64,000 bases of DNA, taken from positions 32,001-96,000 of the forward strand of contig CAVUWA010000009.1 in assembly GCA_963744995.1 (NCBI GenBank), read 5' to 3'. Every line of letters starts with the position of its first letter. The first letter of the stretch is position 1. Below, piece by piece: positions 19,544-28,629 of this stretch. Under the pieces are notes generated by a model. It ran no database searches and was not told where the DNA came from. It worked only from the letters and a program-made list of their open reading frames with translations. The DNA is from Candidatus Eiseniibacteriota bacterium. GTDB lineage: Bacteria > Eisenbacteria > RBG-16-71-46. Made by a program: the position numbers and the translations under genes.

Positions 19544-20165
19544 GGAGTGCCGCAGCGAGTGGCGCACGCGCTACGGGCTGAACGCGGCGCTGCTGTTCGC
19601 GATCACCACCCTGGTGGCGGTGAGCTTCGCCGTGGGCCGGCTTCCGGACCGCACCGATCTCCTCGCCGCGCTGCTCTGGGTGGTGCTGCTGTTCGCCTCG
19701 CTGGCCTCGCTTGCCCACACGTTCGTGCGCGAGATCGACGGGCGCACGATGACGTTTCTGAGGCTCGTCGCCTCGCCGACGGCGATCGCGCTCGGCAAGC
19801 TGCTGTTCAATCTGCTGTTCCTCGCGCTGCTCGAGATCGTGATCGTGCCGATCTACCTGCTGCTGATGGGAGGGCCGTCGCCCCGCTGGGGCCCGTTCCT
19901 CGCGCTGCTCGCGCTCGGCAGCCTCGCGCTGGCCGCGGCCACCACCCTGGTGGGGGCGCTGATCGCGCAGACCCGCGGCCGCGGCTCGCTGTTCGCGGGC
20001 GTCTCGATTCCGGTCCTGCTGCCGATCTTCGCCGCCGCGGTGAGCGGCACCCGCGTGCAGTGGGAAGGCGGCGCGGTGGGCGGTGAACTGCGGCTGCTGT
20101 CGGCCTACGCCGTGGCGATGCTGGCGGCCGGACTGCTGCTTTACGATCATCTCTGGGAAGACTAG
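19512..20165 (+). CDS. ccmB: Heme exporter permease CcmB
   Basis: KECRSEWR, LLWVVLLF, FVRE..G, GKL, PVLLP. Confidence 0.9.
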   Translation: MSQAVWAVLAKECRSEWRTRYGLNAALLFAITTLVAVSFAVGRLPDRTDLLAALLWVVLLFASLASLAHTFVREIDGRTMTFLRLVASPTAIALGKLLFNLLFLALLEIVIVPIYLLLMGGPSPRWGPFLALLALGSLALAAATTLVGALIAQTRGRGSLFAGVSIPVLLPIFAAAVSGTRVQWEGGAVGGELRLLSAYAVAMLAAGLLLYDHLWED

Positions 20166-20229
20166 TCTCTGGGTCGGACTGCTCCGCCGACTCGCGGGCG
20201 GGCCGCTGGCGCGAAGGAGCGCGGAGCGA

Positions 20230-20889
20230 ATGCGCATGGTATGGAAGATCATTCTGTTCGTCTGGATCGCCGCGGCGATGGTGCTCGGGTTCACCTGGGC
20301 GCCGCTGGTGCCGTACCTGAACGAGACGACCCGGGTGCTCTACTTCCACGTTCCGGCGGCGTGGGTGACGGTGCTGGCGCTCGGCTGGTCGATGGTGCAC
20401 AGCGCGCTGTACCTCAGGCGCCGCGACCTGAGGCACGACGATCAGGCGGCCGGCGCGGCCGAACTCGGAATCACCTTCTGCATCGTCGCGACGATCAGCG
20501 GCTCGCTGTGGGCGCGCGCGCAGTGGGGCTCGTACTGGAACTGGGATCCGCGTGAGACCACGATCTTCTTCCTGCTGCTCGTCTACGGTGCGTATCTGGC
20601 GATCCGCGGCGCGGTCGAGGAGCCGGTGAAGCGCGCGCGCCTCTCGGCGATCTACTCGGCGGTCGCGTTCGTGGCGGTGCCGTTCCTGATCTTCGTCGTG
20701 CCGCGCATCTATTCGACGCTCCACCCCTCGCCGATCCTGCCGGCGGGCGGCGGCGCGCCTGCGGGCGGCATGGATCCGCGGATCCGCATCGTGTTCTGGT
20801 CGATGGTCGCAGGATTCACGGCACTGTTCTTCTGGGTGCTCTCGCTGCGCGTCCGGCTCGCCCGGCTCGAGCGCGAGGCGGCGGCTTGA
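20230..20889 (+). CDS. ccmC: Heme exporter CcmC
   Basis: YFHVPAAW, WGSYWNWDPRET (WWD domain), TLHP. Confidence 0.93.
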   Translation: MRMVWKIILFVWIAAAMVLGFTWAPLVPYLNETTRVLYFHVPAAWVTVLALGWSMVHSALYLRRRDLRHDDQAAGAAELGITFCIVATISGSLWARAQWGSYWNWDPRETTIFFLLLVYGAYLAIRGAVEEPVKRARLSAIYSAVAFVAVPFLIFVVPRIYSTLHPSPILPAGGGAPAGGMDPRIRIVFWSMVAGFTALFFWVLSLRVRLARLEREAAA

Positions 20890-20941
20890 ACGGGCGCGGG
20901 GGAGCGCGAAACAGGGCGCGTCCCGGCGCGGGGAGGCGCAT

Positions 20942-21049
20942 CTGAGTTCACAATGGACTGTCCTCGGCGTGGCTCTGCTGGCATGGGGCCTGCTGTTCTT
21001 CTATCTGTTGCGCCTCGATCGGCGCATTCGTGACCTGGAGAAACGATGA
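20942..21049 (+). CDS. ccmD: CcmD-family small membrane protein (35 aa, CTG start, absent from the ORF track)
   Basis: (M)SSQWTVLGVALLAWGLLFFYLLRLDRRIRDLEKR: TM helix plus charged tail, between ccmC and ccmE. GGAGG lies 5 nt before the CTG; ATGA overlap with ccmE. Confidence 0.85.
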   Translation: MSSQWTVLGVALLAWGLLFFYLLRLDRRIRDLEKR

Positions 21050-21429
21050 ACGTCAAGATCATTCTGGCGCTTGGACTTCTGGCGGGGGCCACGGTCGTGG
21101 GCGTGACCAGCTTCAAGAAGACCGTGACGCCGTACATTGCCTTTTCGGAGGCGCGTCGTGCATCGGGCCTCGTGCAGGTGAACGGCAAGCTCGCGGACAA
21201 GAACTACGTGATGAAGAAGGAGGAGCAGTACCTCGAGTTCCGCCTTCGGGACGACAAAGGCGAGGTCATGCCGGTGCGCTACCACGGCGTGATCCCGGGC
21301 AACTTCGACCAGGCCACGATGATCGTCGCCATCGGCCGCTACCAGGGTGATCACTTCGAGGCGGACCAGCTGCTCGTCAAGTGTCCCTCGAAGTATCAGA
21401 CCGAAGCCGAAAGGGGCGCAGCATCCTGA
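21046..21429 (+). CDS. ccmE: Heme chaperone CcmE, CxxxY variant
   Basis: N-terminal anchor, V.Y.G..P.NF, LLVKCPSKY. Confidence 0.92.
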   Translation: MNVKIILALGLLAGATVVGVTSFKKTVTPYIAFSEARRASGLVQVNGKLADKNYVMKKEEQYLEFRLRDDKGEVMPVRYHGVIPGNFDQATMIVAIGRYQGDHFEADQLLVKCPSKYQTEAERGAAS

Positions 21430-23699
21430 CGCAGCGAGGTTGGATCCAGTCGGCCGCGATCGTTCTCCCCGCGGCAGGCGTGGGCCTGCTGCTCGTCGGA
21501 CTCGGCGTGATGAACGCCGGGCAGGTGCTCAGCTGGATCGGGTTCCTGGCGTCGCTCGTCGCGGCGATTTCGTTCCTCGCCGCCACCGGCGGGCGTGAAC
21601 GGGCGCTGCCCATCGCGCGCGGCGCCTTCGTCGTGCAGTGGCTGGCGCTGCTCGGCGCGACGTTCTTCCTCTGGCGCATCCTCTTCACGCACGACTTCCA
21701 CTACATGTACGCGGCGCAGTACTCGTCGCGCAGCATGCCGTCCTACTACGTGTACGCGGCGTTCTGGGGCGGGCAGGAGGGAACGTTCCTGCTGTGGGCG
21801 CTGATCACCGCCACGCTGGGCCTGATCCTGATGCGCCTGCGGAACAAGCTCACCACGCCTGCGATGTTCTTCCTGAACCTGCCGCTGCTGATGCTGCTGC
21901 TGGTGACGGTGATGCGCGGCCCGTTCCTGACGTTCCCGGCGGGCCAGACCCCCGCGGACGGCCAGGGCCTGAATCCGCTGCTGCAGGATCCGTGGATGAC
22001 GATCCACCCCCCGGTGCTGTTCACCGGCTTCTCGTCGCTGGTCGTGCCCTTCGCGATCGCGATGGCGGCGCTGGTCAGGCGCGAATACGACGGCTGGATC
22101 AAGCCGGCGCTGCCGTGGGTGGTGTTCTCGGTATCGATCCTCGCCACCGGCTTCATCATGGGCGGCGTGTGGGCCTACAAGGTGCTGGGCTGGGGCGGCT
22201 ACTGGGGCTGGGACCCGGTCGAGAACGGCTCGCTGATCCCGTGGCTCTCGAACATCGCGCTCCTGCACGGCCTGCTGGTGCAGCGCGTCACCGGGAGCCT
22301 GCGGCGCACCAACTTCTTCCTCGCCATCACCTCGTACGTCCTGGTGCTCTATGCCTCGTTCCTGACCCGCAGCGGCGTGCTCGCCGACTTCTCGGTGCAC
22401 TCGTTCGTGAACCTGGGCCTCAACGGGTTCCTGCTCTCGTTCCTGTTCATCACGATGGCGGTGGGCTACGGGACGCTGCTCTACCGGCTGCGCGACATCC
22501 CCGGGCCGGCGCAGCCGCTCGGCAACTTCTCGCGCGAGTCCATGATGTGGCTCGGCCAGCTGGTGTTCATGCTGATGTGCGCGCTGGTCGCGGTCGGCAT
22601 GAGCGCGCCGCTCATCACCCGGCTGTTCGGACCGCCGTCCAACGTGCAGACCGAGTACTACAACCTCGTGAACGGTCCGCTGGCGATCGCCCTGGGCCTG
22701 CTGCTCGGGCTCGCGCCGCTCATGCGCTGGCGCCAGCAGGACCCGCAGGCGCTGCTCAAGGCGGCGCTGCCCGGCGTCGTGATCGCCGTGCTCGTGGCCC
22801 TGGCGGCGATGGTGGCGGGCGTGCGGCAGCCGGTGCCGGCGCTGATCATCTTCGGGGCGGCCTTCGCACTGGCCTCGAACCTGGTGGTGACGGTGCGCGG
22901 CTTCAAGGCCGGCTGGAAGCACGGCGTCGCGTATACCGCGCACCTCGGCGCGGCGATCCTGCTGATCGGCGTCATCGCTTCGTCCGGTTACGGGAAGTCG
23001 ATCCAGGTGCAGCTGCCGCGCGGCCAGCAGCGCACCGCGCTCGGCTACGAGATGACCTACGGCGGCATGACCCGGGAGAAGGACGGGAAGGGCCACGTGC
23101 TGATCGCCGTCGACGGGCCGCAGCGCAAGTTCAAGGCGACGCCGGCCATGTACTGGAGCGAGTTCAATCAGGGCTACATGAAGAAGCCCCACATCGAGCG
23201 CTTCCTCATGTACGACGTGTACATCTCGCCGCTCGAAATGGTGGGCGCGAACCCGGCCGACAACGCCGTGTGGTTCGACAAGGGCGAGACGAAGCAGGTC
23301 GGCCAGGTGAAGTACACGTTCGTGGATTTCGACGTGCAGGGGATGGCGAGCGGCGAGCCGACGATCGCGGCGCAGCTGCGCGCCGAGATCGGCGGACGCA
23401 CGGTGCCCGTGCGGCCGTTGATCCAGGTCCGCGGCGGGCGCCAGAACCACGTGCCGGACTACCTGCCGGGAGGCGGCTCGGTGTCGATCGTGGCGGTGGA
23501 CCCGCAGAAGGGTCGCGTGGGGCTCGAGCTGCCGGGGATGGCGACACGGCCCGAGCAGAGCGACGTGCTGGCGGTCGAGGTCAGCACCAAGCCGCTCATC
23601 AATCTCGTGTGGCTCGGCGCGATCATCATGCTGGCGAGCGGGTTCCTCACCGTGCTGCGCCGGTTCCTCGACGTGCGGAAGGCGAAGGCTGCCGCGTAG
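21426..23699 (+). CDS. ccmF: Cytochrome c heme lyase CcmF
   Basis: WGGQEGT, GLNPLLQ, IHPP, WGGYWGWDPVEN, TRSG..SVHSF, KPLINLVWLG. Start uncertain (CTG 21426 or ATG 21510). Confidence 0.95.
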   Translation: MTQRGWIQSAAIVLPAAGVGLLLVGLGVMNAGQVLSWIGFLASLVAAISFLAATGGRERALPIARGAFVVQWLALLGATFFLWRILFTHDFHYMYAAQYSSRSMPSYYVYAAFWGGQEGTFLLWALITATLGLILMRLRNKLTTPAMFFLNLPLLMLLLVTVMRGPFLTFPAGQTPADGQGLNPLLQDPWMTIHPPVLFTGFSSLVVPFAIAMAALVRREYDGWIKPALPWVVFSVSILATGFIMGGVWAYKVLGWGGYWGWDPVENGSLIPWLSNIALLHGLLVQRVTGSLRRTNFFLAITSYVLVLYASFLTRSGVLADFSVHSFVNLGLNGFLLSFLFITMAVGYGTLLYRLRDIPGPAQPLGNFSRESMMWLGQLVFMLMCALVAVGMSAPLITRLFGPPSNVQTEYYNLVNGPLAIALGLLLGLAPLMRWRQQDPQALLKAALPGVVIAVLVALAAMVAGVRQPVPALIIFGAAFALASNLVVTVRGFKAGWKHGVAYTAHLGAAILLIGVIASSGYGKSIQVQLPRGQQRTALGYEMTYGGMTREKDGKGHVLIAVDGPQRKFKATPAMYWSEFNQGYMKKPHIERFLMYDVYISPLEMVGANPADNAVWFDKGETKQVGQVKYTFVDFDVQGMASGEPTIAAQLRAEIGGRTVPVRPLIQVRGGRQNHVPDYLPGGGSVSIVAVDPQKGRVGLELPGMATRPEQSDVLAVEVSTKPLINLVWLGAIIMLASGFLTVLRRFLDVRKAKAAA

Positions 23700-23704
23700 C
23701 CGAA

Positions 23705-23760
23705 GGATGCACGAACCGCGGCCGGGACGGTTCGTGCATCCTCCGGGGGCGGTTTTTTTT
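23705..23760 (+). terminator. Rho-independent terminator after ccmF
   Basis: 14-bp stem GGATGCACGAACCG / CGGTTCGTGCATCC, extendable, followed by T8. Confidence 0.8.
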
Positions 23761-23763
23761 CGC

Positions 23764-23792
23764 TTGTTCGCTGCACGGATGTTCACTAATCT
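23764..23792 (+). promoter_or_regulatory. Putative sigma-70 promoter of the dinB cassette, overlapped by a TGTTC direct repeat
   Basis: TTGTTC-N17-TAATCT; TGTTC occurs at 23765 and 23780. Confidence 0.55.
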
Positions 23793-23816
23793 GCGGTCGG
23801 TGCCGATCCGATGGTC

Positions 23817-24065
23817 ATGTTCGAGTCGCTGAGCGATCGGGTGGACGTGTTGACGGCGTACGTGGACGGCAGGGTGGAGCCGCTGCGGTTCCGCTGGAAG
23901 GGCCGGGTGATCCGGGTGAGAAAAGTGACCGGCCGCTGGAGCCGGCGCGAAGGGCAGACGGTGCTGCGCTACTTCGCCGTCGAGGGCGAGGGCGAGGCGA
24001 CCTACGAGCTCTGCTACGACCCGCGTGGCTCCTCGTGGTCGCTCTCGAGGGCATGGACGCCATGA
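23817..24065 (+). CDS. Small DUF6504/YqjX-like protein, putative Y-family polymerase partner
   Basis: P.RFRWKGR...V...W...YF.V...YEL.YD...W.L pattern; ATGA-coupled to dinB. Alternative start at 23811. Confidence 0.65.
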   Translation: MFESLSDRVDVLTAYVDGRVEPLRFRWKGRVIRVRKVTGRWSRREGQTVLRYFAVEGEGEATYELCYDPRGSSWSLSRAWTP

Positions 24066-25369
24066 AGCCCTCGGGGTCATTCAGGCCCGGGCAGTCCCGG
24101 GCCGAGGGGGCCGAGCCGCGGCAGCGCATGGCGTTCCTGCTCGTCGACATGGATGCGTTCTTCGCCTCGGTCGAGCAGGCCCATCACGAACACCTGCGCG
24201 GGAAGCCGGTGATCGTCTGCGGCGATCCCGGCCGGCGCGGCGTGGTGACGGCGGCCTCCTACGAGGCGCGGCCGTTCGGCGTTCACGCCGGGATGCCGGT
24301 CCGGGAGGCGCGCCGTCTCTGCCCGCACGCCGAGTTCGTCGAGGGCGACCCCGACAAGTACGTCGCCCAATCGCTCGAGCTCATGAACCTCTACCTCACC
24401 TACACGCCCGACGTGGAGCCGTTCAGCGTGGACGAGGCGTTCGTGGGCTTCCTGAACCGCGACCTCGAAGCTGCCGCGGCGACCGCGGCCGAGATCCAGC
24501 GTGCGGTCGGCGAGCGTTTCGGGCTCGGCGCCTCGATCGGCGTCGGTCCCAACAAGCTGATCGCGAAGATGGGCGCCGGTCTCCACAAACCACGCGGCCT
24601 CACGGTGCTCGACGAGGCGCGTTTCCGCGAGGCGTTCTGGCCGCGCGACGTACAGGATCTGTGGGGCGTGGGGCCGCAGCTCGCCGTGCGCATGCGGTCG
24701 CTCGGGTTCAAGACCGTAGGCGAGCTGGCCCGCGCCCCCATTCCGACGCTCAAGGCCTCGTTCGGCGTCATCGGCCCGCAGCTGCGCGAAGCCGCGTGGG
24801 GCCGCGACGACACCCCGCTCACGCCCTACCACGAGGGGACCGAGGTCAAATCCATGGGCCACGAGGTCACGCTCGGCGAGGACTCCGATGATCCCGAATT
24901 CCTCACCGGCACGCTGCTGCGGCTCGCCGATCAGGTCGCGCGCCGCCTGCGCGGCGAGGGCTACGCGGGGCGCACCGTGGTGCTGAAGCTCCGCAACCAT
25001 CGCTTCGAGACCTGCACCCGGCAGAAGGCGCTGCCGACCTGGACCAGCGATCACGAACGCATCTACCGAGCGGCACGGGCCCTGTTCGAAGCGAACTGGT
25101 CGGGAGGTCCGGTACGGCTGATCGGGGTGAGCGTGGCGTCGCTGGAGAAGCGCGAGGGTGAAACGCAGACCGAGCTGTTCGCAGGGGACGAGCGCAAACG
25201 GCGCCTGACCGCGGCAGCCGACCAGGTGCGCGACCGGCTCGGCGAGGCGAGCCTGGTGCCGCTCGGCTCGCTCACCCACCGCCGCGGCCTGACCCACGTG
25301 CCGTTCGGCGCGATGTCGGGACGCACGCTGCAGAAGAAGAAGGCGGGCGAGCGGGAAGCGGGCCCGTGA
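24062..25369 (+). CDS. dinB: Y-family DNA polymerase (DinB/Pol IV-like)
   Basis: VDMDAFFASVEQ, ASYEAR, SVDEAF, NKLIAK, LWGVG, VRLIGV; C-terminal DQVRDRLG motif. Confidence 0.94.
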   Translation: MKPSGSFRPGQSRAEGAEPRQRMAFLLVDMDAFFASVEQAHHEHLRGKPVIVCGDPGRRGVVTAASYEARPFGVHAGMPVREARRLCPHAEFVEGDPDKYVAQSLELMNLYLTYTPDVEPFSVDEAFVGFLNRDLEAAAATAAEIQRAVGERFGLGASIGVGPNKLIAKMGAGLHKPRGLTVLDEARFREAFWPRDVQDLWGVGPQLAVRMRSLGFKTVGELARAPIPTLKASFGVIGPQLREAAWGRDDTPLTPYHEGTEVKSMGHEVTLGEDSDDPEFLTGTLLRLADQVARRLRGEGYAGRTVVLKLRNHRFETCTRQKALPTWTSDHERIYRAARALFEANWSGGPVRLIGVSVASLEKREGETQTELFAGDERKRRLTAAADQVRDRLGEASLVPLGSLTHRRGLTHVPFGAMSGRTLQKKKAGEREAGP

Positions 25370-26262
25370 GCCGGATCCGCAGGCGCGGTCGCGAGGCGCA
25401 GGGGCTCGGCCCGCTGTTCGGCGGCACGCCCGAAGCGGCGCCTGCCCCCTCGCCCGCGCGTCCACCCGACCCGCGCGCGCGGATCCTGGTCGGCACCTCC
25501 GGCTACTCGTTCGCCGACTGGGTGGGGCCGTTCTACCCGCCGGGAACGCGCCCGGGCGACTTCCTCCGCCACTACGCGGAGCATTTCCCGGTGGTCGAGC
25601 TCAACGTGACCTACTACCGGATTCCCGATCCCGACGTGGTGGCGCGTATCGAGCAGAAGACGCCCGAAGGGTTCCGCTTCGTGGTCAAGCTCCACCAGTC
25701 GATGACGCACGAACGCGCGACCGACCCCGCCGTCTACCGGGAATTCCATGCGGCCACCGCGCCGCTCGCGGCGGCCGGCAAGCTCGACGGCCTGCTGGCG
25801 CAGTTCCCATGGTCGTTCCGGCGCACGCCGGAGAGCGAGGCACACCTGGAAACGCTGCGCGAACGCCTCGGCGGGACGCCGCTGTTCGTGGAGTTCCGCC
25901 ACGATTCGTGGGCCGGGCCCGACCTGGGCGCGTTCCTCGAATCGCGCCGGCTCGGCTACTGCGCGGTCGACGAGCCGGCACTCGATCACCTGATGCCGCC
26001 GATCGCGCTGCGCACCGCTCAGGACGCCTACGTGCGCTTTCACGGCCGCAACGCCGCGAACTGGTGGGGGAAGGGCGGCGGCGACCGCTACGACTGGGAC
26101 TACCGCGAGGCCGAGCTCAGGGAGTGGCTGGACAGGATCCAGGCCCTTGCCACTCAGGCGCGCCGCACCTACCTGTTCTTCAACAACTGCCACGCCGGGC
26201 AGGCCGCGCGCAGCGCGAAGCTCATGCAGGAACTCCTCCGGCAGCAGAACCTCGGCGCCTGA
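25366..26262 (+). CDS. DUF72 family protein
   Basis: VGTSGYS..DW, VELNVTYY, QFP.SF, VEFRH.SW, YVRFHGRN, FFNN. Confidence 0.92.
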   Translation: MSRIRRRGREAQGLGPLFGGTPEAAPAPSPARPPDPRARILVGTSGYSFADWVGPFYPPGTRPGDFLRHYAEHFPVVELNVTYYRIPDPDVVARIEQKTPEGFRFVVKLHQSMTHERATDPAVYREFHAATAPLAAAGKLDGLLAQFPWSFRRTPESEAHLETLRERLGGTPLFVEFRHDSWAGPDLGAFLESRRLGYCAVDEPALDHLMPPIALRTAQDAYVRFHGRNAANWWGKGGGDRYDWDYREAELREWLDRIQALATQARRTYLFFNNCHAGQAARSAKLMQELLRQQNLGA

Positions 26263-26312
26263 TAGAATCTCCGCCGGTCCCGCCGTCCATCCGTGCGCCG
26301 AGGAGGCTCTCC

Positions 26313-28499
26313 GTGACATCCGCTCCCGCATCCGTGCCGTCGCCCCCTTCCCCGACCCCGGCGCGCAAGGGCCGCCCGCGCCGCGCCGCCGCCCCGCCGG
26401 CCCGGCGCGCGGCCGCCGCGCTGGCCGTGCTGGCGTTCGCCTGGGCGCCGCGCGTCTGGGCCGCGCCACTTCCGGCGACGCCGGTGCTCTCGTTCGCGGG
26501 CATCGAGCGGCTGGACGGCAGCGTCACGGCGGAGGCCGCCAGCCCGCGGCGCTTCCGCGAGGTCCTGGACGAGCTGCAGCGCGCGGGCGGCAGCCGGGCC
26601 TGGCCCGCCGCGCGCGCCCGCGACTTCGCGCGACCGGGACGCCCGGGCGAGATCCGCCTGGGGCTGATCGACGTCGCCTACGGGCTCGAGCGCAGGGGCG
26701 GCGGCGTGGACGTGGTGAAGGCCGCCGGTGCAGGCGCCGCGCGTCGCGCGTTCGTGTTCGCGCCGCTCGAAGCCCGCACCTATCGCGGCGGCGATCTGGT
26801 CTTCAGGCTCGATCCGCGCGACGTGATCCGCGATCGCGCGGACGCCGCGCAGGGGCTCGAATTCGATGCGGACGACGGGCTCGGCTACCGGCCGCTGGTC
26901 CCCGGGGAGGCGGTGCGCGTGCGCTACCGGGCGACCGGCACCGTGACGCTGCGCCTGCGGGCGAATGGTGCGGACGGCCCGCGCTACGCATCGGCCACGC
27001 TCGTGGTCGGCGCGCTCGCTACGCCCTCGCCGGACGACACGCTGTTCGCGACCGGCCAGCCGTTCGCGGGCGGCAACGCCACCGGCAGCGGCTACGTCTA
27101 TCTCGCGCCCGGTCATACCGAGCCGGTCAATCCGGTGGTGGTGGTCGAGGGCTTCGATCTCGACAACTCGCTCGGCTGGGACGAGCTCTACGCGCTGCTG
27201 GATCAGCAGAACCTGATCGAGGACCTGCGCGGCGAGGGCTTCGATCTCGTCGTGCTCGACTTCACCGATGCCACCGACTACGTCGAACGCAACGCTTTCG
27301 TGCTGGTGGATCTGCTGGATCAGGTGCGCGCCACGCTGCCGCCCGGAGCCACGATCGCCCTCGTCGGCGCCAGCATGGGCGGGCTGGTCGGTCGCTACGC
27401 GCTCGCGTGGATGGAAGCGCAGGCGCTGCCGCACGACGTGCGCACGTTCATCTCGTTCGACGGGCCGCAGCAGGGCGCCGACATTCCGCTCGGCATCCAG
27501 TACTGGTTCGATTTCTTCGCCGATCAGTCCGCGGACGCGATGGCGCTGCGCGACGTGCTCAACTCGCCCGCCGCGCGTGAAATGCTGGTCTACCACTACA
27601 CCACCCCGGCGGGGAGCACCGGCGAGCCCGATCCGCTGCGCACCGCGTTCGACGCCGATCTCGCCGGGCTCGGCTACCCGTCGCAGTGCCGCAACGTGGC
27701 GGTGGCGAACGGCAGCGGGCTCGGGCTCTCGCAGGGTTTCGGGCCGGCCACGCAGATCGTCCAGTGGGACTACGACATCAGTATCGTCACGATCCACGGC
27801 AACGTGTGGTCGGTTCCCGACGGCTCGCTTGCACAGATCTTCCAGGGCCGTCTGTATGCGATCTTCACCTACAACCTCACGCAGAACGTCTCCGTCTCGG
27901 GCACGCTGCCCTACGACGGCGCGCCGGGCGGATCCCGCAACTCGATGGCGCAGATGGATTCGACCGCCGCGCCCTACGGCGACATCGTGGCCCTCTACGA
28001 CAGCCACTGTTTCATCCCGACCGTGAGCGCGCTCGACTTCGACACGCCGGACCTGTTCCACGACGTGCTCGACGACCCGAACGCGCTGGCTTCCACGCCG
28101 TTCGACGCGATCTACGTGCCGGATTCCAACCAGGCCCACACCACGATCACCCCGCAGAACGCGGTGTGGTTCAAGGACGAGATCGGAGCGGGGGTCGTGG
28201 CGGTCGAGCCGGGTGGCAGCGGCATCGCCCCGGCGCTCGCCGCGGCCCCGAACCCGTTCGCCGGCACGCTGAGGATCCGCTACACACTGTCGCTCGCGGG
28301 CGCGGTGCGGCTCGCGGTCTACGGCGTGGACGGTCGGCGCATCGCGACGCTCGAGGACGGCATGCGCACCGCGGGGCCGCATGCGGCGGTGTGGAGCGGC
28401 CTGGACGGCGCGGGCCGGCCCGCCCCGCCGGGGATGTACTTCGTGCGGCTCGATGCATCCGGCATCTCGCGCACGGTGAGGACGCTGCGGCTGCGGTGA
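26313..28499 (+). CDS. Secreted alpha/beta hydrolase (lipase/esterase-like) with C-terminal FlgD-Ig/T9SS-like domain
   Basis: Signal peptide, VEGFD, GASMGG nucleophile elbow, HCFIPTVSALD, PNPF...GMYFVRL; SD AGGAGG before GTG. Confidence 0.8.
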   Translation: MTSAPASVPSPPSPTPARKGRPRRAAAPPARRAAAALAVLAFAWAPRVWAAPLPATPVLSFAGIERLDGSVTAEAASPRRFREVLDELQRAGGSRAWPAARARDFARPGRPGEIRLGLIDVAYGLERRGGGVDVVKAAGAGAARRAFVFAPLEARTYRGGDLVFRLDPRDVIRDRADAAQGLEFDADDGLGYRPLVPGEAVRVRYRATGTVTLRLRANGADGPRYASATLVVGALATPSPDDTLFATGQPFAGGNATGSGYVYLAPGHTEPVNPVVVVEGFDLDNSLGWDELYALLDQQNLIEDLRGEGFDLVVLDFTDATDYVERNAFVLVDLLDQVRATLPPGATIALVGASMGGLVGRYALAWMEAQALPHDVRTFISFDGPQQGADIPLGIQYWFDFFADQSADAMALRDVLNSPAAREMLVYHYTTPAGSTGEPDPLRTAFDADLAGLGYPSQCRNVAVANGSGLGLSQGFGPATQIVQWDYDISIVTIHGNVWSVPDGSLAQIFQGRLYAIFTYNLTQNVSVSGTLPYDGAPGGSRNSMAQMDSTAAPYGDIVALYDSHCFIPTVSALDFDTPDLFHDVLDDPNALASTPFDAIYVPDSNQAHTTITPQNAVWFKDEIGAGVVAVEPGGSGIAPALAAAPNPFAGTLRIRYTLSLAGAVRLAVYGVDGRRIATLEDGMRTAGPHAAVWSGLDGAGRPAPPGMYFVRLDASGISRTVRTLRLR

Positions 28500-28629
28500 G
28501 CACCGGGTGCGGCCGCGCGGTCGCAGCCACGGCCGTCCCGCGCCGCCCGGGCGGGGGCGCGTTGCGCCGCTCGCGCGGCTCCACTAACGTCGGTGGCGTA
28601 CGTTTCTTCACCCATGACGGAGAGCCTTC

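Noticed and set aside
21638..25369. 1243-aa ORF suggesting a giant DinB fusion
   Set aside because: The N-terminal ~800 aa is an off-frame Arg/Ala/Gly-rich shadow of ccmF and crosses a terminator; the real gene starts near 24062.
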